Shown here: positions 8,961 through 17,200 of the stretch, one piece after another
How positions within the stretch are numbered: position 1 is the stretch's first letter
Layout: every line of letters begins with the position of its first letter
Source: an uncultured Bdellovibrionales bacterium
GTDB taxonomy: Bacteria; Bdellovibrionota_C; UBA2361; CAKMMH01
Length of the DNA stretch: 62,438 nucleotides
Reading direction: 5' to 3'
NCBI GenBank assembly: GCA_964534945.1
Contig: CAZHSB010000004.1
Coordinates: 1-62,438 of the forward strand
Translations under genes and position numbers: made by a program
The notes under the pieces: generated by a model
Databases searched by the model: none
What the model was told of the DNA's origin: nothing
The model's input: the letters and a program-made list of their open reading frames with translations, nothing else

Positions 8961-9334
8961 ACTTTGGGAAAATTAAGGTTTTAAAAGAAAGGCAGACATT
9001 CCACAAAAAAAATTAGGAATGCAAAGAATCATCGTTCAAGGCAATATTTTATAATATTTATTATTTTTGCTTTGAATCATAAAAAAAGATTCTTTATAGC
9101 TTTTCTTCTTAATATATTTGGTTGCGAACACGTTTCGCAACAAGAAAAAAAAATTTTTTTATATTTGGGAGAGAGAACATTATATCGCGAATGATGTTCC
9201 TTCTCATTTTGAATCATTTTTTTTAACAAAACAGAGCTTCTTCGAAAGGAAAGCAAAAATTTTGATTTAAAAAAATTTTTTAAGGTTTTTTTTGGGCTGT
9301 AAAGAAAGTACAGCCCCTCCCAATTTTTTATTTT
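8961..9334 (+). ncRNA. second hairpin-dense ORF-free segment (possible transcript ending at a terminator-like hairpin)
   Basis: Weak promoter TTGACT (8926-8931)-17 nt-TACTCT (8949-8954). Hairpins 8997-9002/9016-9021, 9023-9030/9088-9095 enclosing 9035-9044/9067-9076, 9121-9128/9134-9141, and an imperfect one at 9167-9205. GGGCTGTA/TACAGCCC (9294-9301/9309-9316) is followed by CTCCCAATTTTTTATTTT. Confidence 0.25.
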
Positions 9335-9372
9335 CTTTAATCATTCATCAATATTAAATAATCACAAATAAT

Positions 9373-10626
9373 TTATTTTTCTTTTAACCATTTAAATCTT
9401 TCGTTTATATTTTTTTCATACCCTCTATTTGACGGCTCATAAAATTTGGAATCTTTTAATCTATCTGGCATATACTGTTCATCTACGACATATCCTTTTG
9501 GATAATCATGTGGATACTTATAATCTTTTCCGAACCCTAAATCTTTCATAAGATTTGTTGGCGCATTTATTAAATGAGGTGGAACTTTTTCATACGGAAA
9601 TTTTTTAATCGCCTCTAACGCAAATTCCATCGCCAAATAACTTCGATTTGATTTTGGGGCAGATGCCAAATAAGTAATACACTGGGCAATCGGGATTCTT
9701 CCCTCAGGAAGTCCTATTTTCTCAAAGGCAACCAACGTAGAGGTAGCTAAATCTAATGCTCTTGGATCTGCATTGCCTATATCTTCAGAAGAAAAAATTA
9801 TCATTCTTCTTATTAAAAATCTTGGGTCCTCTCCAGATTCTAAAATTCTAAATCCCCAATAAAGAGCTGCTGATGGATCAGATCCTCGTAAACTTTTTAT
9901 AAAAGCGGAAATTAAATTATAATGTTCATCTCCAGCTTTGTCATAAACAAATGATAAGCTATCTTTTAAAAATTCTTTTAATCCGTCTAGTGTTAAATTC
10001 TTTTTACTTGTTTTACTAAAAGATTCTATTAAATTAATTAATTTCCTAGCATCTCCTGTAGATGCCATAATAAATAAATCTTTCATCTCATCTGAAAAAG
10101 ATATTTTTAAATACTCTAATGCCTTATTTAAAATATCAATCAAATCTTTATCACTTAAACTTTCTAGTTTTACAACTCTTGTTCTTGAAAGTAATGCTGA
10201 ATTTATAGCAAAAGAAGGATTCTCCGTTGTTGCTCCAATTAAAATTATTGTTCCATCTTCAACATGTGGTAAAAGCGCATCTTGCTGTGCCTTATTAAAT
10301 CTATGAATCTCATCTATAAATAAAATTGTAGTACCATGATAATTTTTTGCTCTTTCTACAATCTCTCTTATATCTTTAACACCACCAAGAACTGCAGAAA
10401 ATGGGACAAAAGAGCAATCATATGTATTCCCAATAAGGCGTGCCAATGTTGTCTTTCCACTCCCCGGAGGACCCCACAAAATTAAAGATGGTAATATATC
10501 GTTTGCACTTTTAAAAAGTTTTAAAAGTATTGGATCTATTTTGTCTAACCCCTTAATATCTTCCCAGCTTTGTGGACGAAGCAAGTCAGCAAGTGGCCTT
10601 GTTTTTTTATTTAAAAGATCTTCCAT
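9373..10626 (-). CDS. rarA: replication-associated recombination protein A (AAA+ ATPase RarA/MgsA)
   Basis: 417 aa. Walker A GPPGSGKTTLA, Walker B LFIDEIHRFNK, C-terminal MgsA_C pattern (GSDPSAALYW, ..EDIGNADP..). Confidence 0.9.
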   Translation of the reverse strand: MEDLLNKKTRPLADLLRPQSWEDIKGLDKIDPILLKLFKSANDILPSLILWGPPGSGKTTLARLIGNTYDCSFVPFSAVLGGVKDIREIVERAKNYHGTTILFIDEIHRFNKAQQDALLPHVEDGTIILIGATTENPSFAINSALLSRTRVVKLESLSDKDLIDILNKALEYLKISFSDEMKDLFIMASTGDARKLINLIESFSKTSKKNLTLDGLKEFLKDSLSFVYDKAGDEHYNLISAFIKSLRGSDPSAALYWGFRILESGEDPRFLIRRMIIFSSEDIGNADPRALDLATSTLVAFEKIGLPEGRIPIAQCITYLASAPKSNRSYLAMEFALEAIKKFPYEKVPPHLINAPTNLMKDLGFGKDYKYPHDYPKGYVVDEQYMPDRLKDSKFYEPSNRGYEKNINERFKWLKEK

Positions 10627-10632
10627 TGTTTT

Positions 10633-11988
10633 TTATTTACAGAAAAATTCCCTACTAAAACAAAAACTTTTTTCAAATTGTTCTATTAAAAAAGACTCAT
10701 TTGGCGCATGAACTGCATCCTCATCTAAACCAAAGCCAACAAGGATTGCCTCATTTCCTAAAATTTTTGAAAGCTTTGTTAAAATTGGAATTGATCCTCC
10801 TTCCCAAATATATGCCACGTTTTTACCATTATAAACTTTACTTAATGCATTACTAGCCTTTAAAATGCCTTTATTATTAACGTCAACACTTAATGCAAAC
10901 GCACCCTCGTCTGTCCTTATAACTTCTAAATTTAAATTAGACTTATTATTCTTTTCCAAATGACTTTTAATAGCTTCAAAAATTTTATCTGGATCTTGTT
11001 TTTGCACTAACCTACAAGAAAATTTTGCCACCGCAAAAGATGGAATAATAGTTTTAACCCCCTCTCCTTGATAACCAGAATAAATTCCATTTATTTCTAA
11101 AGTTGGTCTAAAACCTGCTCGAATACTAGCCAAAACCCCCTTTTCTCCCCCATTTGGAAATACTCCCGTTTGAGTTTCACATTTTTTAACATCAAAATCC
11201 ATAATCTTTGTTTTATCAATTTCATTTAATGGCAGTACACCATTGTAAAAATTTTCAACATTAATTTTTCCATTCTCATCATAAAAAGTTGATATCAATT
11301 TAACTATTTCTATCGCAGGATTTTGAATTACCCCTCCATAAATTCCTGAGTGAAGATCAGATTTTAATCCTGATAATTTAATATCAAAGCAGCACATTCC
11401 TCGAAGTCCAAGCACTATCGAACCGACCTCCTTATCTACCGTACTTGTGTCACAAACTAGTAAATAATCACATTTTAATGCTTCCTTGTATTCTTCCAAA
11501 ATTGAATATGTATGAGTACTTCCGCATTCTTCTTCTCCATCAATTATAAATTTAACATTAAGTCCTAAATTTCCCTCATCGATAAGGCTTTCAAGTGCTA
11601 CTATAATTGAAAATAGTTGGCCTTTGTTATCCTCAGCTCCTCTTGCAAATATTCTCCCCCCTACTATTTGAGGCTCAAAAGGCGATGTTTTCCACTCGTT
11701 AATTGGATCTATCGGTTGAACGTCATAATGACCATAAACAAGTACAGTTTCTAAATCATTAAATAGTTTATACTCTGCAAAAATAGCAGGATTTCCTCCT
11801 GTATCTATAAGCTTAGCCTCAAAACCAATGTTTTTTAAATAATTCTTTAGAAAATTGGCACATTTTAAGCAATCATTTTTTTTCTCTGAAATAGTGCTAA
11901 TACTCTCTATCCTTAAAAGATTAAAAAAATCCTTAAAATATTGCTCCTTATTATCCTTAAAAACTCCTTTTGAATGATTAACTGACAT
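10633..11988 (-). CDS. M20 family metallopeptidase (dipeptidase-like)
   Basis: 451 aa. YGHYDVQP, GRIFARGAEDNKGQ, DGEEECGS metal-ligand motifs of the M20/ArgE/DapE/CPG2 family. Confidence 0.8.
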   Translation of the reverse strand: MSVNHSKGVFKDNKEQYFKDFFNLLRIESISTISEKKNDCLKCANFLKNYLKNIGFEAKLIDTGGNPAIFAEYKLFNDLETVLVYGHYDVQPIDPINEWKTSPFEPQIVGGRIFARGAEDNKGQLFSIIVALESLIDEGNLGLNVKFIIDGEEECGSTHTYSILEEYKEALKCDYLLVCDTSTVDKEVGSIVLGLRGMCCFDIKLSGLKSDLHSGIYGGVIQNPAIEIVKLISTFYDENGKINVENFYNGVLPLNEIDKTKIMDFDVKKCETQTGVFPNGGEKGVLASIRAGFRPTLEINGIYSGYQGEGVKTIIPSFAVAKFSCRLVQKQDPDKIFEAIKSHLEKNNKSNLNLEVIRTDEGAFALSVDVNNKGILKASNALSKVYNGKNVAYIWEGGSIPILTKLSKILGNEAILVGFGLDEDAVHAPNESFLIEQFEKSFCFSREFFCK

Positions 11989-12131
11989 AAAGACTCCTTT
12001 CCTTTTTTAAAAATAAAGCATGTAAATTTTAATATATTTTTTCATTTTTATCTATCTTATTCTTGTCCTAATGTATTTAAAGATATAGAATAATAAAAGG
12101 TGTTTAGATAATGTTTTAGGAGCAAAAAAAG

Positions 12132-12656
12132 ATGAAAAAGTTTTTATTTTCAGTATTGGTATTAGTGTTGGTTTTAAATATTAGTGGTTGTTCTTTGTTC
12201 GGTTCAAGTTCTGGTACAGATGAGGACGGGAATAGAATTGATTCTATTTCGGAACAAGAATTAAACAGTAAATTTGCAAACAGATTCGGAGATGGATCAG
12301 TGCCATCTGCTGAGGGAGATAACCTTTTTAGAGATATTCGTTTTGGATATGATTCTTCAAAAGTCTCTGACAATTCAAGACAAGATTTAGATTACAATGT
12401 CGAGATTTTAAAAAGCAATCCAAATATTTATGTTCAACTTGAAGGACACTGCGATGAGCGTGGAACAGCTGAATATAATATGGCATTAGGAGAAAAAAGA
12501 GCAAATTCTGTTTATGAGGCCTTAACTGTCTATGGAATTGCACCTAACAGAATCACAACTATTAGTTATGGGGAAGAAGTTCCTTTGGATCCTGCGCAAA
12601 CAGAAGAAGCTTATGCAAAAAATAGACGTGTTCATTTTTCTGCATATACGAAATAA
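12132..12656 (+). CDS. pal: peptidoglycan-associated lipoprotein Pal (OmpA C-terminal domain)
   Basis: 174 aa. Lipobox LNISGC. LEGHCDERGTAEYNMALGEKRANSV...NRRVHF. AGGAG SD. Confidence 0.9.
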   Translation: MKKFLFSVLVLVLVLNISGCSLFGSSSGTDEDGNRIDSISEQELNSKFANRFGDGSVPSAEGDNLFRDIRFGYDSSKVSDNSRQDLDYNVEILKSNPNIYVQLEGHCDERGTAEYNMALGEKRANSVYEALTVYGIAPNRITTISYGEEVPLDPAQTEEAYAKNRRVHFSAYTK

Positions 12657-12680
12657 CTTAATTTAAATAAAATTTTTTAA

Positions 12681-12703
12681 AGCGGGTTTTTGCCCGCTTT
12701 TTT
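12681..12703 (+). terminator. intrinsic terminator after pal
   Basis: AGCGGG (12681-12686) / CCCGCT (12693-12698) stem, followed by TTTTTT. Confidence 0.7.
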
Positions 12704-12725
12704 ATTCTCATGTATCTTTGTTTCT

Positions 12726-14648
12726 ATGAATGAAAGTAATGCCGAAAAAAAACTTATTGATATTGTAAATTATCCAAAAGATATTAAAGATTTTTCTCTA
12801 CCTCAACTAAAAACTTTATGTAAAGAATTGCGAGAGGAACTTATAAATAAGATTTCTCTTTGTGGGGGACATTTAGCTTCGAGTTTAGGAATTACTGAAG
12901 TGACTGTGGCTTTGCATTATTTTTTTGATACTCCGTCAGATAAACTTATTTGGGATGTTGGACATCAAGCCTATATTCATAAAATGTTAACAGGAAGAAA
13001 AAATGATATTTCGAATATTAGAAAGAAAGATCATATCAGTGGATATTTAAAAAGAGCAGAAAGCATTTTTGATACTTTCGGTGGTGGACATGCAGGAAAT
13101 AGCATCTCATCTGCAGTTGGGATTGCTACAGCTTTTAAAAAAGAACATAAAAAAAATTTTGCAATTGCAATTATTGGAGATGCTTCAATTTCATCTGGAA
13201 TGTGTTTTGAAGCATTAAATCATGCAGGAGAACTTCATCTAGATAACTTAATTGTAATATTAAATGATAACCAAATGGCAATATCGCCAAACGTAGGGGC
13301 AATAAAATGGTTATTAAACAAGGGAAGTGTTTCAAGTGTTCCAACAAAAGCAAGAGCAAAATTAAAAAAACTTTATCAAAAAGGATATATTCCAACTTTC
13401 TTATATAAAATAATTGATAGAGTAGAAGAAGCTTTTAAAGGAATAATTTCAACACCATCAACACTTTTTGAGAGTTTTGGATTTAGGTATATAGGCCCCG
13501 TTGATGGACATAATATTGAACAACTACTAAAGGCCTTTAGCCTCGCAAAAACTCAAGATGCGCCTGTTTTGCTCCATGTAAGGACAACAAAAGGAAAAGG
13601 ATTTAAAAATGCTGAAAAAAATCCTACAGACTGGCATGCCTGTATTCCATTCTTTCCAATAAATGGAAAGGCAAGAAAAATAAAAGAAAAAAAAGCTTTT
13701 ACTTATACAGAAGTTTTTTCAAATACTGTGAGTAAACTTATTTCTAAAGATAAAGACATTATCGCAATCACAGCCGCAATGGCAACAGGAACAGGTTTAG
13801 ATAAAATACAAAAAGAATTTCCAAATAATTTTTTTGATGTTGGGATTGCAGAATCTCATGCTGTAACTTTTGCAGGAGGATTAGCAATCGAAGGGAAAAA
13901 GCCAATTGTCGCAATTTATTCAACTTTTTTGCAAAGAGGCTTTGATCAAATTTTGCACGATATAGCACTTCAAAACTTACCTGTAATTTTCGCACTGGAC
14001 AGAGCAGGCTGTGTTGGCGCCGATGGAGAAACGCACCAAGGAACCTTTGATGTTTCTTACTTAAGATTCATTCCAAATATGGTATTAATGGCACCAAAAG
14101 ATGAAAATGAATTACAACATATGATTTATACCGCAACAAAACTAAATAAGCCTGTTGCAATAAGATATCCAAGAGGAGATGGAATCGGAATAAAATTAGA
14201 TGAAGAATTAAAAGAGATCCCTTTTGGAAAAGCACAAATCACACAGCTAGGATCTCAAGTTTTAATTATTTCCTACGGAACTGCATATAATTTAGCAAAA
14301 AAAGCATGTGATCGTATTTTTGAAGAAACAAACATTTGCCCAACAATCATTAACGCTCGTTTTGCAAAACCTCTTGATAAATCACTATTATTAAAAGAAA
14401 TAAAGAGACATAGTCTTATCTGTACCGTTGAAGATCAATGCCTAAGTGGTGGTTTTGGTAGTTCAATATTAGAATTAGCTTCTGATAACAACTTAAACAT
14501 ATCAATAAAGCGTTTTGGAGTAGATGATTTTTTTGTTCCTCATGGAACGCAACAAGAACAATATGAGCTTTGTAAATTTTCTTCTGATTGTATATATGAT
14601 TATTTAATAAGCAATATTTATCAATTACTTCTAAAAAAGGCAAATTAA
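12726..14648 (+). CDS. dxs: 1-deoxy-D-xylulose-5-phosphate synthase
   Basis: GGHLASSLG, WDVGHQAYIHKMLTGR, GDASISSGMCFEALN, and transketolase-like C-terminal domains. I moved the start to Met13 of the tracked ORF because 12690-12725 overlaps the pal terminator. Confidence 0.92.
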   Translation: MNESNAEKKLIDIVNYPKDIKDFSLPQLKTLCKELREELINKISLCGGHLASSLGITEVTVALHYFFDTPSDKLIWDVGHQAYIHKMLTGRKNDISNIRKKDHISGYLKRAESIFDTFGGGHAGNSISSAVGIATAFKKEHKKNFAIAIIGDASISSGMCFEALNHAGELHLDNLIVILNDNQMAISPNVGAIKWLLNKGSVSSVPTKARAKLKKLYQKGYIPTFLYKIIDRVEEAFKGIISTPSTLFESFGFRYIGPVDGHNIEQLLKAFSLAKTQDAPVLLHVRTTKGKGFKNAEKNPTDWHACIPFFPINGKARKIKEKKAFTYTEVFSNTVSKLISKDKDIIAITAAMATGTGLDKIQKEFPNNFFDVGIAESHAVTFAGGLAIEGKKPIVAIYSTFLQRGFDQILHDIALQNLPVIFALDRAGCVGADGETHQGTFDVSYLRFIPNMVLMAPKDENELQHMIYTATKLNKPVAIRYPRGDGIGIKLDEELKEIPFGKAQITQLGSQVLIISYGTAYNLAKKACDRIFEETNICPTIINARFAKPLDKSLLLKEIKRHSLICTVEDQCLSGGFGSSILELASDNNLNISIKRFGVDDFFVPHGTQQEQYELCKFSSDCIYDYLISNIYQLLLKKAN

Positions 14649-14703
14649 AATTTTTTTAAAATATAAATAAAAATATATTTTATAATTTAATTTTTTTGAA
14701 CTG

Positions 14704-14731
14704 TTGACTATTCATAAAAAATTATTAGAAT
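14704..14731 (+). promoter_or_regulatory. sigma-70-type promoter of 133-aa paralog A
   Basis: TTGACT (14704-14709), 16 nt, TAGAAT (14726-14731). About 55-nt leader with duplicated GAAAGGAAAG(G/T)TT. Confidence 0.6.
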
Positions 14732-14786
14732 ACCAAGGTTCGGGATAGAGAAAGGAAAGTTTCATTTAAGAAAGGAAAGGTTTTCC

Positions 14787-15188
14787 ATGAGTTTTAAACC
14801 GTCTTCTTGGGCAGTTTACACCGATGAGTTTGTTTGTAACAAACCCGTAAGAAATTTTCTCCTTTTTGGAAAGGAAGTCACCGATGAGAAAAAAAGTTCT
14901 CATATCGTTTGGGGATTCTTAGTTCCAAGGAAAAATCGAGCGATCTTGATGGTTAAAAATTTTATTAGAACAGGAACGTTCGAAGCGAAGCTCGAAAATG
15001 TCTTCTTGCTTAAAGTTAGTCCTTCAGATTTCTTGGAGATCAAAAAAAGTTTCCAAAAATCTAAAATTTTAGTTATTGATAGTCTTGAGGCAACGGAGAC
15101 TGATAATGAGCTTAACAATGCAACAAAAGCGCTAATCCTTGGCATATGTGATGACGACAACGACAATGTCTCAAACGTAGTGCTTTAA
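14787..15188 (+). CDS. hypothetical 133-aa protein, paralog A
   Basis: Own promoter and AGAAAGGTTTT SD. Shares LFGKE(V/I)..(8 aa)..I.(W/Y)GF, FE..LE(N/D)V and later blocks with the ORF at 15489. Acidic C-terminal tail. Confidence 0.6.
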   Translation: MSFKPSSWAVYTDEFVCNKPVRNFLLFGKEVTDEKKSSHIVWGFLVPRKNRAILMVKNFIRTGTFEAKLENVFLLKVSPSDFLEIKKSFQKSKILVIDSLEATETDNELNNATKALILGICDDDNDNVSNVVL

Positions 15189-15204
15189 TTTATTAAAAAA
15201 TTAA

Positions 15205-15260
15205 GGGGAGATAACGGTTTTAAAAAATTATTCTTTTTTCTTATCCCCCCTTTGATATTT
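15205..15260 (+). terminator. terminator-like hairpin after paralog A
   Basis: GGGGAGATAA (15205-15214) / TTATCCCCCC (15241-15250), 9 of 10 bp, 26-nt loop, then TTTGATATTTT. Confidence 0.4.
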
Positions 15261-15424
15261 TCTTATTTTAAAACATTTGAATTTTCCTTTTAATTCTAAT
15301 CTTAAAAATTTACGACATCTTTAACTAACTAAATTTATTTATAATTCTAGCGCTTATAACTAATTCATTCTAAATTCTAACATCTATTGTATCAATCATA
15401 CGAAGATACAATATTATTGTTTCT

Positions 15425-15453
15425 TTGATTAAGCATTTAAAAGTTATTAGAAT
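15425..15453 (+). promoter_or_regulatory. sigma-70-type promoter of 133-aa paralog B, with an upstream palindrome
   Basis: TTGATT (15425-15430), 17 nt, TAGAAT (15448-15453). Inverted repeat ATTGTATC/GATACAAT (15386-15393/15405-15412) lies just upstream of the -35. Confidence 0.6.
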
Positions 15454-15488
15454 AATCGCTTATTGGAAAAAAAAAGAAAGGTTTTAAA

Positions 15489-15890
15489 ATGGAAAAGAAA
15501 CAAACAATTTGTTTCGTAACGATCATGTTCGTTAAAGGAGAACGGCGTCGTGTAGTGATGCTGTTTGGAAAAGAAATATTAGAAACAGATCGAGGAAAAT
15601 ACATAACATATGGTTTTCCATCAGCTATCCTTAAAGAGACAAAGGACTTAATCTCTTCTAAAGCAGCTTTTGTTTTCGAAACACACTTAGAAGATGTTAT
15701 CGTAGTTTCTCTAGAACAAAGAAACTTTAGAGAGCTACAAGCAAAATATCTCTCAAAGGGATACCTTGTTAAAAACACAACGCTAAAAACTGTCCAACTG
15801 TTGGGGTCCACCTTAATCTTAACAACTTCAGCGCACGCGTTACTAACGGAAGTCGATGGTGACGTACGCTCCATCGACGTAGATATTTAG
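15489..15890 (+). CDS. hypothetical 133-aa protein, paralog B
   Basis: Same length and shared motifs as 14787..15188. SD AGAAAGGTTTT. I prefer the + strand over the longer antisense ORF because of the promoter, SD and paralogy. Confidence 0.6.
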   Translation: MEKKQTICFVTIMFVKGERRRVVMLFGKEILETDRGKYITYGFPSAILKETKDLISSKAAFVFETHLEDVIVVSLEQRNFRELQAKYLSKGYLVKNTTLKTVQLLGSTLILTTSAHALLTEVDGDVRSIDVDI

Positions 15891-15914
15891 TCATTATTTT
15901 TTATGGCGATATCT

Positions 15915-15976
15915 AAAGGGGCAAGAAAATGTTAAAAGGTTAAAGGCTTTTTCTTCTTTCTTCCCCCTTTTTTATT
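15915..15976 (+). terminator. terminator-like hairpin after paralog B
   Basis: AAAGGGGCAAGAAA (15915-15928) / TTTCTTCCCCCTTT (15957-15970), 13 of 14 bp, followed by TTTATTTT. Same GGGG...CCCC design as the hairpin after paralog A. Confidence 0.5.
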
Positions 15977-15980
15977 TTAA

Positions 15981-17177
15981 TTATATAGAAACTTTTGAAA
16001 TAGAATCTGCAACATAGTCAATGTTGTTATCATTTAAGCTTGCAAGGCAAATTCTTCCATTTCTTACCATATAAATACCAAAATCTTTTTTTAATTTATC
16101 AACTTGAACAGGATTTAACCCCGTAAAAGAAAACATTCCATGTTGAATTAACATATGTTTAAAAAGTTCTTCAACTCCCCTCTTTTCCAATGCGTTTACT
16201 AAGGCAACTCTTGCTTTAGAAATTCTTTCTTGCATTTGGCTTACTTCTTCTTTCCACTGCTTAGTTAATTTATCGTCTTTTAAAACAGTAGCTACTATTT
16301 TTGCACCATCGGCAGGAGGATTTGAATAATTTGCCCTAATATCTAATTCTATTTGTGATAAAATTTTCTTTGCCATATCAGGGTTTGATGTAACAATACT
16401 CAATGCTCCAATTCGTCTACAATATAAAGAAAAATTCTTAGAAAAAGAATTCGCGACTAAAAAATTAAGATCTTTTTTAATACATTTTTTTATTACATCT
16501 CTATCACTAATTACGTCTTTACAAAAACCTTGATACGCAAAATCTAAAAATAAAATTAAATCTTTTTCCTTAATAACATCTATAACCTTATCCCATTGAT
16601 CACTCGTTAAATCCATTCCTGTTGGATTGTGACAGCAAGCATGAAAAAGAACTATATTATTTTTAGAAATTAATTTTAACCCTTTTAATAATTCATCAAA
16701 GTCGATACTCTTTGTCTCTTCATTATAATAAGGATACGAAGCGATTTTAAAACCAGTACCTCCAAAAATATTTTTATGATTTTGCCATGTAGGAGAACTT
16801 ACATAAACTGTAGCGTTTGGATAATGCCTATTTAAAAAGTCCGCACCAATTTTTAATGCTCCCGAACCACCTAAAGATTGCAAGGTAACAATGTTTTCTC
16901 TAATATTCTCTAAATCTTCTTTTTCAAATAATAACTCTTTTACTAACTCCCGATATTCCTTATTTCCTGCTATAGGAATATATCCCAAAAAATCTTCAAA
17001 CGATATTTTTCTCATAGCCTCTTTTACAACGTTTAATGTTGGAATTTTTCCATAATCGTCTTTATAAATTCCTATAGAAAGATCTACCTTATTAGGATTT
17101 TTGTCTTTTTCAAATAATGATTTTAATCCTAAAATTGCGTCTGCAGGCGCTTCTTTAATATTTTCGAATTTAAACAT
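15981..17177 (-). CDS. aspC: aspartate/aromatic amino acid aminotransferase (AspC/TyrB subfamily)
   Basis: 398 aa. GIYKDDYGKIP, LQSLGGSGALKIG, HACCHNPTG, SFSKNFSLYCRRIG (PLP lysine motif). Confidence 0.88.
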   Translation of the reverse strand: MFKFENIKEAPADAILGLKSLFEKDKNPNKVDLSIGIYKDDYGKIPTLNVVKEAMRKISFEDFLGYIPIAGNKEYRELVKELLFEKEDLENIRENIVTLQSLGGSGALKIGADFLNRHYPNATVYVSSPTWQNHKNIFGGTGFKIASYPYYNEETKSIDFDELLKGLKLISKNNIVLFHACCHNPTGMDLTSDQWDKVIDVIKEKDLILFLDFAYQGFCKDVISDRDVIKKCIKKDLNFLVANSFSKNFSLYCRRIGALSIVTSNPDMAKKILSQIELDIRANYSNPPADGAKIVATVLKDDKLTKQWKEEVSQMQERISKARVALVNALEKRGVEELFKHMLIQHGMFSFTGLNPVQVDKLKKDFGIYMVRNGRICLASLNDNNIDYVADSISKVSI

Positions 17178-17200
17178 TTTTTCTCCAAAATAAACTAAAA

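Noticed and set aside
9294-9316. GGGCTGTA/TACAGCCC hairpin as the rarA terminator
   Set aside because: rarA is on the minus strand, and there the hairpin is followed by AAAAAAAACC rather than a U-tract. The polarity fits a + strand transcript instead.
12690-12725. N-terminal extension of dxs (MPAFLFSCIFVS) given by the ORF track
   Set aside because: These codons overlap the pal terminator hairpin and T-run. Dxs homology starts after the internal Met at 12726.
15437-15874. 145-aa ORF antisense to paralog B, slightly longer than the + strand ORF
   Set aside because: The + strand has a consensus promoter, a conserved SD, a terminator and a paralog of identical length. The antisense ORF would start inside the + strand promoter region and lacks an SD.
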